DNA of 64,000 nt, taken from positions 1 to 64,000 of the forward strand of contig JBGTHM010000037.1 in assembly GCA_041746255.1 (NCBI GenBank), read 5' to 3'. The translations under genes and the position numbers were made by a program. The stretch's first letter is position 1. Each line of letters begins with the position of its first letter. The stretch is from Fibrobacteria bacterium (GTDB taxonomy: Bacteria; Fibrobacterota; Fibrobacteria; UBA11236). The notes beneath the pieces were generated by a model that did not search any database, was not told where the DNA came from, and saw nothing but the letters and a program-made list of their open reading frames with translations. Positions 30,294 through 39,905 of this stretch are shown in pieces.

Positions 30294-31448
30294 ATGTTCG
30301 CTAAACATCGTCGCAAGGCTCGTAAGCTACCGGAAATCCTATTGCTGGTGGGAATTGCCTATTCCTATTTCCTCTACCCCGCGTTTCTTTGGATTTGGCG
30401 TGGGCTGCGGGGGCCCAAAATGGTCAGGAAATCCCCCATAGAGCCGAGCGTAACGCTAATTATCGCGGCTTACAATGAAGAGGATAAGATTAAGGCGAAA
30501 CTGGAGAATAGCGTCCGCATCCATTTTCCCCGTGAAAAACTGGAGATTCTGGTGGCCTCGGACGCTTCCAGCGACGCCACCGATGCGATAGTGCGCGAAT
30601 TCCCCGAAGTGCGCCTTTGCCGTACTCCTGAACGGCGCGGCAAGGAACATGCGCAGAAAAAGGCGATTACCGAGAGTACCGGAGAAATTTTGGTGTTTAC
30701 GGATTCGGCTACGCTACTGGATCCGAATGCCATACAATCGTTGGTGGCGAATTTCGGAGATCCCCGTGTAGGGGCGGTCAGTTCCAAAGATGTAATGTTG
30801 GGTGGGGGAAACGGGTCGGGCGAAGGCATGTACGTGCGCTATGAAATGGCACTCCGGCGTTTGGAGTCGCAGGTACACAGCGTGGTGGGATTGAGTGGAT
30901 CTTTCTTCGCGGCCCGCCGACAAGTTTGCCAAAACTGGTCGGAGGATTTTCCTTCCGATTTCAATACGGTTTTCAATTGTGCCCGCATGGGATACCGGGC
31001 GATAAGCGACGAACAATCCCTGGGGTACTATAAGGATATCCGCAAGGGAGTCAGCGAGTTCGATCGTAAGGTACGTACGTTACTGCGTGGCATGACGGCC
31101 CTGTTTGCTAATCTGTCGTTATTGAATCCCATGCGATATGGAGTATTCGCTTTCCAGCTTTTCAGCCATAAGCTGATGCGTTGGGCCGTCCCCCTTTTCC
31201 TTATCGAACTGGCTTTACGAACTCTATGGCGGATGCGGCGTCCCGATAATTTCGGAATTTTCCTTTTTTCGGCACAGGCGCTGGGCTATGCGATGGCGTA
31301 TGGTGGATGGAAACGGGAGCCATTACGCTCGCTCCCGCCCGTGAAAGTGGCTCACTTTTTTACGCAAGTGAACGTCGCTATTTTCATGGCGTTGCTCAAA
31401 TACGCGAAGGGAGAGCGGATTCGCATGTGGAACCCCACCCAGCGATAG
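30294..31448 (+). CDS. Membrane-associated glycosyltransferase family 2
   Basis: LIIAAYNEE, SDASSD, VFTDS, Y.RYE..LR.LES, SHKLMRW. Start uncertain (ORF open from 30183). Confidence 0.9.
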   Translation: MFAKHRRKARKLPEILLLVGIAYSYFLYPAFLWIWRGLRGPKMVRKSPIEPSVTLIIAAYNEEDKIKAKLENSVRIHFPREKLEILVASDASSDATDAIVREFPEVRLCRTPERRGKEHAQKKAITESTGEILVFTDSATLLDPNAIQSLVANFGDPRVGAVSSKDVMLGGGNGSGEGMYVRYEMALRRLESQVHSVVGLSGSFFAARRQVCQNWSEDFPSDFNTVFNCARMGYRAISDEQSLGYYKDIRKGVSEFDRKVRTLLRGMTALFANLSLLNPMRYGVFAFQLFSHKLMRWAVPLFLIELALRTLWRMRRPDNFGIFLFSAQALGYAMAYGGWKREPLRSLPPVKVAHFFTQVNVAIFMALLKYAKGERIRMWNPTQR

Positions 31449-31451
31449 CCT

Positions 31452-32606
31452 ATGGAACCAAGCCAAGAATCCACGATTGCAATCCGTCGTCTCGTGATTG
31501 TGCGTCCGGGACCCGTCCATGAATTGACTTCCACGGCTAAACGGGAAATGCTTCGCCTGTCCGAGGAATTCGGCGGATACCTGCTGGTGACCATGCCCGA
31601 GCCACGACCGGTGAAAGTGGGAAGGTTCGAATTCCGTCCCTTGCGCTTCCACCCGAATTCGCACTTGCTTACGAATATCCGATATCTATTCCATGCGTTG
31701 GGCCTGGCTGTGCGGTTGAAGGCCCAAGGGAAGGCGCCCGATCTTATCGTCAGTTACGATCCTATCCGTTCCGGACTGATCGCTTTGGCTATGGCCCGAA
31801 TAACGGGAGCACGGTTTATTTGTGAAGTGAATGGAGTCTATAATTCCGACGCGAACTATCTGGATGGCGGCGCCTCGTATTCGTCGCGCTTAAAGAGGAA
31901 GCTATTCCCCCACATCATCCGATTCGTATTGGAAAGAGCGGATGGAATCAAATCGCTGTTTCCGGGCCAGGTGGATGGATTCGGAATCGTAGTGGCGCAA
32001 AAGCCGAAAGTGCATTTCCATTCCTTCGTGGAATTGTCCGCCTTCAGAAACCTGGGAGAATCGAAGCAAATACTTTTCGTGGGTTTTCCATTTTTTCTCA
32101 AAGGCGTCGATTTGCTTATCGAAGCCTTCAAGCGAATCAGTCCCAAGTATCCGGAATGGGAACTGAAAATCATGGGATGGTTTCCGGATGATAGAGAGTT
32201 GAGGCAGGCCATGGACGGCCATCCACGCATCCGCCATCAACCGCCGGTCCTGCATTCGGAGATAGCCGCGCATATCGGCGTTTGCGGAATGCTGGTCCTA
32301 CCCTCGCGCACCGAAGCGATGGGACGCGTCTTACTCGAAGCCATGGCCTGCGCGAAACCACGAGTTGGCGCGCGCATAGAAGGTATTCCCACGGTGATTG
32401 AAGATGAAGTAGACGGTCTGCTCTTCTCTCCCGGTTCGGCTTCCGAACTTAGTGAAAAGCTGGATCGTCTGATGGGAGATCCCGCGTTACGGCGAAAATT
32501 GGGAGATGCCGGTCGCAGAAGATTGAGCCGCGATTTTAGCGAGCAAGCCTACTTTTCCCAAGCGTTCGATTTTTACCGGGGGGTAATCGAAAATGTTCCC
32601 AGGTGA
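31452..32606 (+). CDS. Glycosyltransferase family 4
   Basis: KGVDLLIEAF, LPSRTEAMGRVLLEAMA, DGLLF. Confidence 0.92.
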   Translation: MEPSQESTIAIRRLVIVRPGPVHELTSTAKREMLRLSEEFGGYLLVTMPEPRPVKVGRFEFRPLRFHPNSHLLTNIRYLFHALGLAVRLKAQGKAPDLIVSYDPIRSGLIALAMARITGARFICEVNGVYNSDANYLDGGASYSSRLKRKLFPHIIRFVLERADGIKSLFPGQVDGFGIVVAQKPKVHFHSFVELSAFRNLGESKQILFVGFPFFLKGVDLLIEAFKRISPKYPEWELKIMGWFPDDRELRQAMDGHPRIRHQPPVLHSEIAAHIGVCGMLVLPSRTEAMGRVLLEAMACAKPRVGARIEGIPTVIEDEVDGLLFSPGSASELSEKLDRLMGDPALRRKLGDAGRRRLSRDFSEQAYFSQAFDFYRGVIENVPR

Positions 32607-33777
32607 AACTCCTAAAAAGGTGCTGTTCGTGCTCTCACGGGTATTGGGGGGCAAGACCTATTGCAACCATCTTTTAGCGGCATTGGACGCAATGCCGGAA
32701 ATAGCGCCGGAGTTCGTCTTTTTCGAAGAGGAGGATTACGCGCGTTTCGCGAACAAAGTGCCCTGGGCCTTTCGCCGAACGGGAAAGTTCATCGCGTCCC
32801 ACATTCTCGCCTGGAAGCTGCAAATGCTTCCCCCTAAGAAATGGGATGCACTGTTCGTGCAAAGTTTTGAATTACTTCCCGGGTGCCGCTCCCTGTTGAG
32901 TCGCATGCCTACCATTCTCGCCCATGATTCCACCCAGATTCAATCGTATCGCCTGATGCTGGGTCAATCCCCCACCTTGCTCGATCGCTTGGCTTATGGT
33001 GTTAAATGCGTAATGACTACGCCTTTTTATGCCCCGACGGTTGCAAGCGTAAACGCTTTCATGCCCCGTACCCGATGGTGCGCGGAATCGCTGGTACGGG
33101 ACTATGGCGTGGATAGGCGAAAAATAGTGATTTCTCCGGCGGGACTCGATTTATCGCATTGGAGGTCCGATCCGATGCGGGAAGAAAATCCCGTCCCGCG
33201 CATCCTGTTCGTGGGGAACGATTTCGCGCGTAAAGGTGGCGGTTTCTTGCTGGACCTTTTCACCCGGCGCCTTTCCGATTTTGCCTCTTTGTGCATTGTT
33301 TCCCGCGATCCCGCCCTGCGCGGCAGGCGTTTTCCAACCGGAGTCGAGTGGATAGGCGATGCCGCCGGACGGAATCCGGAAAAACTTATCGCCGCCTACC
33401 GACAGTCCGATCTTTTCGTGTTCCCCACTTTGAAGGAACATATGGGGATGGTCCTCACCGAGGCGGCGGCCATGGGATTGCCGATAATTGCGAGGGACGT
33501 CGGCGGCGTTTCGGAAATTGTCCGTGACGGTGAGAACGGTCTTTTAATGCCGCCCAATGCAGATGAAGCCCGTTGGGAAGCGGCGATTATGCGACTGTTA
33601 AGCGACAAACCCATGCGAGTGCGGTTGGGAATGGGATCGCGTAAGCTGGCGGAGAGGCATTTTTCCGTAGCTGTATTGCGTTCCAGGCTGGCCCAAGCTC
33701 TATCCCTAGCCGCTCCCAGCGACTTCCCTAAGGAGTATGCCCGGAATTTTCACCCCGCCCAATCCGTAGCGGTGTGA
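32593..33777 (+). CDS. Glycosyltransferase family 4
   Basis: LFVGNDFARKGG, FPTLKEHMGMVLTEAAAMGLP, DGENGLL. Confidence 0.92.
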   Translation: MFPGETPKKVLFVLSRVLGGKTYCNHLLAALDAMPEIAPEFVFFEEEDYARFANKVPWAFRRTGKFIASHILAWKLQMLPPKKWDALFVQSFELLPGCRSLLSRMPTILAHDSTQIQSYRLMLGQSPTLLDRLAYGVKCVMTTPFYAPTVASVNAFMPRTRWCAESLVRDYGVDRRKIVISPAGLDLSHWRSDPMREENPVPRILFVGNDFARKGGGFLLDLFTRRLSDFASLCIVSRDPALRGRRFPTGVEWIGDAAGRNPEKLIAAYRQSDLFVFPTLKEHMGMVLTEAAAMGLPIIARDVGGVSEIVRDGENGLLMPPNADEARWEAAIMRLLSDKPMRVRLGMGSRKLAERHFSVAVLRSRLAQALSLAAPSDFPKEYARNFHPAQSVAV

Positions 33778-33802
33778 ATCACGGAATTTTCGCGCCGGAT
33801 TT

Positions 33803-34453
33803 TCAATCGCGGCTGAGGATGGCATAGGCCGTCAATGCGCTCACCATGATGCTAAGTACCGAAGCCGAGAGCTGAAGAACGTCGGCAAGACGGGTTGGGT
33901 CGGGCGGAATCGGGAGCATGATATCGTCTCCCGAAGCGATACCGGCCTCACGCAAGGTTTTGCGATCGGAAATAGCCGCTATGAGGTTATCGTTAACCGG
34001 CTTTCCATGGCGCAAATGCGCGGCCTCCCGGATTTTCCCCGGAAGAGGCGGCCCTCCCGCTTCTTTAATCAAATCCCATATCACCGCGTCGGGAGGAACA
34101 TAATAATATCCCGGTTCATGTACGTTACCCAAAACCCCTATGCGGATCACCGGCTTGGCGAAAAGGTGCGTATCCCTCAAATAGGGAGTCCATACGTTTC
34201 CAAGGTAAGTCTCGACGTTTTGGCGCGTTTTTCCGGCGATAACGATTTTTCCTACAATCGGAAGTTCCGCCATTCCCATTGCGTCCAGCGGATAGACGCC
34301 GTTCAAAAAGGATTCGGGATCAGCGGGAACGTCGATGCGCATGGCCTCGCCAATCTGGAAATTTTCTTCCTCGGGAATCGACTGCGAGAGTATGACCTCT
34401 GAAGCAAGCAGCATGAAAAATCCAAAATACATTGTGCGAAATTCGCCAATCAT
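33803..34453 (-). CDS. wza: Wza-like polysaccharide export protein (Poly_export plus SLBB)
   Basis: GMAELPIVGKIVIAGKT, VLGNVHEPG, AGG, SGDDI, C-terminal helix; GGAGG 6 nt before ATG 34453. Confidence 0.82.
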   Translation of the reverse strand: MIGEFRTMYFGFFMLLASEVILSQSIPEEENFQIGEAMRIDVPADPESFLNGVYPLDAMGMAELPIVGKIVIAGKTRQNVETYLGNVWTPYLRDTHLFAKPVIRIGVLGNVHEPGYYYVPPDAVIWDLIKEAGGPPLPGKIREAAHLRHGKPVNDNLIAAISDRKTLREAGIASGDDIMLPIPPDPTRLADVLQLSASVLSIMVSALTAYAILSRD

Positions 34454-34585
34454 GCTCGCCTCCAATTTGTTTGGGCATGCCATGGTGTCAGAACTTAATT
34501 TAAAAGCTGGGATGTTCTTGCGCCAGAAAAACGTTGGGGCGTTTCCAATGAACCGTAATGCAACCGTAATACCGAGGAAAATTCC

Positions 34586-37030
34586 ATGGCACCTTCCGGA
34601 CCATCCAAACCGAATGCCTCCTTGGCGGATCTTCTCAATCCCAAGTCGACGCTTTCGTCCTGGAGCACCATTTTACACGTCGCTTATCTCAAGCGTTGGA
34701 CCATAGTCACGCTCTGGCTGTTACTTGGAATTCCCCTGGGGCTTTTTTTAATCTTTTTCGATTTACCCAAGACGTACGTTTCCCAGGCTTATTTACGTTT
34801 CCCTCATGTAGTGGGCGTCGACGATCAAGTGATGCGCGATGTCGCCCTTCGGGAAAAGGAATCCATCGTCCGGCTCTTTCAAAGCTACAATGTACTGCAT
34901 CGGACGATTGACGATTTGGGATTGAAATTCCGTATTCGTAACGCGAACGTCTTTCGCCACCATGTCATCGAATCCATCGGCGGGAGCGGATATGCTCCGG
35001 GCCTCTACACTTTCAAATTCGGAAGCGAGAGGCGGCTGAAAGTCTATGCGAAACCGTACGGAAAAAACCAAAAGTATCTCGTCTACAACGACAAGGTTCC
35101 GAATGACAATTCCGTATCTTTCTCCGGTGTGACTTTGCGTTTTAAAAACGGATTCGCGGACATTTCACAGGGTTTCGATTTGGAAATGGTTTTTCAAGGC
35201 GTCGAGGAAGCGCTGAAAACCTATCGGGACCGGATTGAGGTCAGTCCGCTTGACCAAGGTCCCGCCTCCGTCAACTATTCGGTGACGCTTGAAGATCGTG
35301 ATCCCGTGCTGGTTGCGGAAATAGTCAACCGATTGACCGATAATTTCATGGCCGTTTATACCCGTACCACCCAAGGACAGGACAGGACGGTGTTGGCGCA
35401 ATTGGAAAAAAGCCTGGAGCTGGCGCGTGAAAAACAAAAACGTGCGGATTTACGTCTCGACGAGTTTTATCGGGCCAATCCCCAGGCGATGTACGGGCCG
35501 CAGGGGACCGGTTTTTCCACCGCCCAGGCAAGCAGCAACCATGCGGAGATTTCCCGCAATTTGGAACGACTGGAACAGACCTTGAGCCGTAAGCCTGCGT
35601 CAGGCGCTCCCGAAGGGGAAAAGCTTCTCTGGATTGATGAAGCGCTTTCGTTATTGAGCGGCCAGGGGGTTTTGCGCGCCGAGGCCATGCGTACACAGTT
35701 GTCCAATCTCGAATCGGAAAAATCACGCTTGTCCGCAATCCGCACGCCTACACATCCCGATTACCTCGCTTTGGATCGGAAAATGGCAGGTATGATCGAG
35801 CCGGTGGAGGAGTTGGCGCGGCAGACGCGAGAAAGTTACCGGGTAAAGGTGAGGGATACCGAGGCGACTGTCCGGAGAAATCCGTCCGCCGGGGGCGGAG
35901 GGTTGGCCTTGCAAATGGAGGCGCGCCGGCTGCATTCCGAAAAAGACGAAGCCTCCCAACAAGTGCAAAATTTGGAAATGCAATTCGAGCGCGCTCGCCT
36001 CACTTCCGAAGGCGACCTCTTCGCGGTGACCATCATCGACAGGGCCAGGCCGGCCTTGCATGAAGAATTGGGCCTTAGAGAAAGGGTTGTGATGGCCTCC
36101 GGCGCCGGAGTGGTCACGCTTTTCCCGGGGTTTCTCTGGGTAGTTGCGTTACAATTGCTTTTTCCTCGGGTCTACAACCGCGACGATGCCAACAAGAAAT
36201 TCGGCATCAAGGTTTTGGGGTCGCTTTTCGCGATGCCGGGTGGAAAGAGCCGCGATAGGAAGGGAAAAAACATCGATCCCCAACTGCTCTACCATGGAAG
36301 CGCCTATCGTATCACCGACGTGGAGGCCTTCCGAGCCTTAAGGGTCGAGCTGGAGTCCTATTTCCGCGCCGACGGCCATCATTTGGGCCTGATGGTGACC
36401 AGTACCCAACCCAACGAGGGCAAGTCATTGGTTTCCGCCAATCTGGCGATAAGTTTCGCGCGCAAAGGTTGCCGCACATTGCTGATAGACGCGGATTTTC
36501 GGCATGGCCGGCTCGAAAATATGTTCGGATTACGCCCTGAAAAAGGATTGGTGGATATCCTCCGCAAGGGGGACATACCACAACATGAGGTGCTTTCCAT
36601 CGCTGCTGCGCAGCATATCGTACGAACACCGCAGTCCAATCTCTATTTGCTTTCCAAGGGCAATCTGGACGAATACTCCGAAGAAGCCTTTTACGGCCAG
36701 GCCATGGAAAACCTGATGCGGAGGTTGCAAGCCGATTTCGATGTGGTACTGGTCGATACGGCGCCGGTAATCGTCACCGCGGATCCGGTCAAGTTGGCGG
36801 AATGGATGCGGGGCGTGGTCTACGTCATCCGGTCGGGGCAGCCTTCGGCTTCGGAGATATCGAAAGGACTAGAGCGATTCACCGATAGAAATGTTCCCAT
36901 CGGATGCGTCATCAATGATATCCGCAAGTCGCCTACCGACGACAATCATTATGCCCGCTATGGATATTACTATGCCAAGATTCCGCATGGCGGTTCCGGT
37001 GTGACGAAACAGCTGCACAAAGCGGAATAG
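34586..37030 (+). CDS. wzc: Wzc-like co-polymerase / BY tyrosine kinase, copy 2
   Basis: STQPNEGKS, LLIDADFR, VLVDTAP, Tyr cluster HYARYGYYY; shares RFPxVVG...MRDVA with copy 1. Confidence 0.92.
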   Translation: MAPSGPSKPNASLADLLNPKSTLSSWSTILHVAYLKRWTIVTLWLLLGIPLGLFLIFFDLPKTYVSQAYLRFPHVVGVDDQVMRDVALREKESIVRLFQSYNVLHRTIDDLGLKFRIRNANVFRHHVIESIGGSGYAPGLYTFKFGSERRLKVYAKPYGKNQKYLVYNDKVPNDNSVSFSGVTLRFKNGFADISQGFDLEMVFQGVEEALKTYRDRIEVSPLDQGPASVNYSVTLEDRDPVLVAEIVNRLTDNFMAVYTRTTQGQDRTVLAQLEKSLELAREKQKRADLRLDEFYRANPQAMYGPQGTGFSTAQASSNHAEISRNLERLEQTLSRKPASGAPEGEKLLWIDEALSLLSGQGVLRAEAMRTQLSNLESEKSRLSAIRTPTHPDYLALDRKMAGMIEPVEELARQTRESYRVKVRDTEATVRRNPSAGGGGLALQMEARRLHSEKDEASQQVQNLEMQFERARLTSEGDLFAVTIIDRARPALHEELGLRERVVMASGAGVVTLFPGFLWVVALQLLFPRVYNRDDANKKFGIKVLGSLFAMPGGKSRDRKGKNIDPQLLYHGSAYRITDVEAFRALRVELESYFRADGHHLGLMVTSTQPNEGKSLVSANLAISFARKGCRTLLIDADFRHGRLENMFGLRPEKGLVDILRKGDIPQHEVLSIAAAQHIVRTPQSNLYLLSKGNLDEYSEEAFYGQAMENLMRRLQADFDVVLVDTAPVIVTADPVKLAEWMRGVVYVIRSGQPSASEISKGLERFTDRNVPIGCVINDIRKSPTDDNHYARYGYYYAKIPHGGSGVTKQLHKAE

Positions 37031-37040
37031 CTTTTACTAA

Positions 37041-37744
37041 GTGATTTTCCGAACCGCATTTTTGAGCCTGGCCGTCATCGGGTTAACCGACAGTTTAGGC
37101 CAATTACAAGATTCCGCCTTCGATATCGCTTCCTTGGAAGCGGAGCTTTTTCCGATTTTCTCAAGCGGAATCCCTCGCTTCACTGGCTCAAGTCCCCATA
37201 GCCGCTTAATGGCCCAAGCCGGCCTGCCCCTGGGAGAGTTTTTCGGTTTGGAGCAATTCCTGGCCTTGCGAGGAAGCTACTCTAATCGCAGTCTCTATTT
37301 CGACGGCTTCAAGCTTAACGCGGCGATGAATCATCAAATAGGGTTGGGGGCGGGCTCCATGATTATGGATGCCGGTGGGCATTCGTCTTATGCACTTTTG
37401 GCTGTCAGCCATAACGGAGACGATTACGAGATGAAGTCGCGGTATATGGGATGGGAAGCCATATATGTCCATACCTACCGGATTCATGATCGCCTTTCAC
37501 TCGGAGCCGGTTTCGATATAATCTTGAATTTTATGCTTTGCGGGCGGGAGCGGATTAGGTTTATCGGGCGGTTGGGGCCGAATCCGGAATGCAATGGCGG
37601 TTTAGGGAAGGCCTGCACTTACGGTTCAAGTACAAATGGATCGCCTGGGGAGAAGAAAGCCTGACTTTGCCCGACGGATCTCGATTGCGCGAGCGACCCC
37701 TGGACGTTCACAGTCTACGCATCCAAATTGCCTACGGACCCTGA
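37041..37744 (+). pseudogene. Disrupted exported, possibly outer-membrane beta-barrel protein
   Basis: Signal-like start and strand-like segments up to ...LGAGFDII. A strand-like continuation (YALRAGAD*VYRAVGAESGMQWRF...LRIQIAYGP*) lies in another frame, contains an internal TAG, and ends at 37744. Confidence 0.5.
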
Positions 37745-37776
37745 TAGCCTTCACTAACCGCCGCAACTACCTCCCA

Positions 37777-39798
37777 TCAGGCTTGTTCGGCGAAATGATG
37801 CAATCCCGGCGGCTCCGGATAGGGCGTTCCTTCGCTAACGGATGGTTGATTCAGCAAGCGCACTTCCACCTTGTTCTCCCGAAAAAAATTACGCATCCGC
37901 GGCAATTCCATCGAGTCGCGCACCGAGCAAAAATCGAAATGCTGTAAAAGGCGATTCAGTTTCCATTCGGTGCTGTCGGTGTTCACATAATGCTGAAAAG
38001 TTTTTAACAGACCGAGATAATGGCGTTGGTGGTCGAGGTCCAGCTCCCAAGGGTGAAGGTAAATCATGGCGGGTTCGCCATGGGCATTGGCGCCTTCGAT
38101 GAACTTTTCCGTCATCGCGAAAGGATATAGGCGTAAATACCCGCCTCCGGCCATGGGAATCATGCCCTTGCCGATTTGCAAGGTGGACATGGGGAACTCT
38201 TTCAGTTCGTGGCCATTTTCCAGCTGGAGAATATGCGGGAGACGGTTGGGGTAGTCCGGTATGCCATAGCGTTTGCGATCGATAGGGAAAATGCTGGAAT
38301 CGTATTGGATGCCGTTACGCGCCAAAATTTCCAATGCCCATAGCGTCGACTTGACAATGGTGAAATTCGAGGCTCGATGTCCGATGACGGGTTGCGAAGT
38401 GAGACGGGCCAAGGCTTCCAGCGATTTGACCAAGTCCGCCTCGAATCCTTCCGGCGTCATGTCTGTAACCAGATTGTGATCATATCCGTGGGTGCCGATT
38501 TCATGGCCTTCATCGGCAATCATGCGCACCACGTCGGGAAAGTGGTCGGCCACCCATCCCAATACGAAAAACGTTCCGGTCGTATCGTAAACCCGCAGTA
38601 ATTCCAAAATACTGCGAACGTTTTTCTCAACATTGGTGGGCTGCAGATGCCAGGTGCTTTTGGGCGTTTTGCCTTGCATGTTATAAGCATGGAACCAGCA
38701 TTCCACGTCTACCGTAAAGAAATTCCGTACTTCCCGAGGCCCGCATTGCAATTGCACCACCGAATCCAGACGGATTTCCTTGAGGATGTTCTCCATCTCG
38801 GGATTGGCGCTTTTGATATGCACCTGGCCGCCATGACGTTTGGTGGTATGCGCCACTTCGGTCAGGAAGGCCAGATCTTGCAAGTCCAATTTATTACGCG
38901 GGCTGATCCAGACTTCCAGGCCCTTTTTTTCCTTTATGGGAATGCGATCGAGTTGCTCTCCGAGATCGGAAGAACTTTCCCCCACCAGAACGTATGGCCG
39001 AACGGACTTTTCGCAACTCACGGTAATTTTCGTCAACTCCTTGTCGTCCACATCCCGGTATTTCCCGCGGAAGGGCAGCAGTTTCGCGCGCCGGAGCCCC
39101 GCCAGATCCCGAACTTCGCCGTTGGAAGAAGGCCGGTGCAGCAAATAGCCGAAGGTGTTTACAATCACCCACCACTCCATTTTTATCCAGGAGGTCAGGC
39201 TGCAAAACGAAGCTCGATAGGAAAGGTCATAATGCGATTTGCGTACCACGCTGTCGAAAGAATCGTCGTATCCCAGTACGATTTGCGCGAAGCCGGTAAT
39301 GCCGGGTTTGATATGCAGCGTCCTATCGGAATAATGGGGTAGCGATACGCTGTATTGCCGGGTAAAATGCGGCCGTTCCGGGCGCGGCCCCACCAGGCTC
39401 ATGTCGCCTTTGAAAACGTTGATGAATTGCGGCAATTCGTCGATATGCAAGGCACGCAGCCAGCGGCCGCTCCGGGTGATACGGGGGTCATGCCCCTGTG
39501 CGCATAATACTGGACCGTTCTCTTCGGCGTCCAGACGCATGGTCCGATATTTATAGATCAGAAAGATCTTGCCTCCGACGTCCTCGCTCCGTCTTTCCGG
39601 GCCGGAATAATTGCCCCTTCCGCGCCTGCGGCGATTGATTCCTACTCTTTCCTGGGTATACAAGACGGGACCGGGCGACTCCAGCCGGATTATACCTGCG
39701 ATAATGGGATAGGTTAATGCCAAGAAGAGGCATCCGACCAATCCGGCTGCCGAATCGAGCGCTTTTTTTGCAATGACTACTAAAAATGCCGGTTTCAT
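37777..39798 (-). CDS. Fusion: priming phosphoglycosyl transferase + STAS-like domain + polysaccharide deacetylase (DUF3473-type)
   Basis: N: SPGPVLYTQERVG, KYRTM, IDELPQ, GDMSLVGPRPERP, KPGITG. Middle: GGQVHIKSANPEMENILKEIRLDSV. C: TVDVECWFH, TFFVLGWVA, HEIGTHG, YDSSIFP, GGGYLR, YLHPWELD. Confidence 0.88.
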   Translation of the reverse strand: MKPAFLVVIAKKALDSAAGLVGCLFLALTYPIIAGIIRLESPGPVLYTQERVGINRRRRGRGNYSGPERRSEDVGGKIFLIYKYRTMRLDAEENGPVLCAQGHDPRITRSGRWLRALHIDELPQFINVFKGDMSLVGPRPERPHFTRQYSVSLPHYSDRTLHIKPGITGFAQIVLGYDDSFDSVVRKSHYDLSYRASFCSLTSWIKMEWWVIVNTFGYLLHRPSSNGEVRDLAGLRRAKLLPFRGKYRDVDDKELTKITVSCEKSVRPYVLVGESSSDLGEQLDRIPIKEKKGLEVWISPRNKLDLQDLAFLTEVAHTTKRHGGQVHIKSANPEMENILKEIRLDSVVQLQCGPREVRNFFTVDVECWFHAYNMQGKTPKSTWHLQPTNVEKNVRSILELLRVYDTTGTFFVLGWVADHFPDVVRMIADEGHEIGTHGYDHNLVTDMTPEGFEADLVKSLEALARLTSQPVIGHRASNFTIVKSTLWALEILARNGIQYDSSIFPIDRKRYGIPDYPNRLPHILQLENGHELKEFPMSTLQIGKGMIPMAGGGYLRLYPFAMTEKFIEGANAHGEPAMIYLHPWELDLDHQRHYLGLLKTFQHYVNTDSTEWKLNRLLQHFDFCSVRDSMELPRMRNFFRENKVEVRLLNQPSVSEGTPYPEPPGLHHFAEQA

Positions 39799-39905
39799 GG
39801 CGCTTCTCCCCTGCTCCTTCTAAATACGCTTTTGCATAGGCGCATACCAAAGAGCATTTGCGGGAGAAAGAAGAGGGACCGCCGAGGCGAATCCCTAAGG
39901 GCATA

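Noticed and set aside
34470..34530. sigma54 promoter between wza and the second wzc
   Set aside because: The candidate sites examined lack GG-N10-GC spacing.
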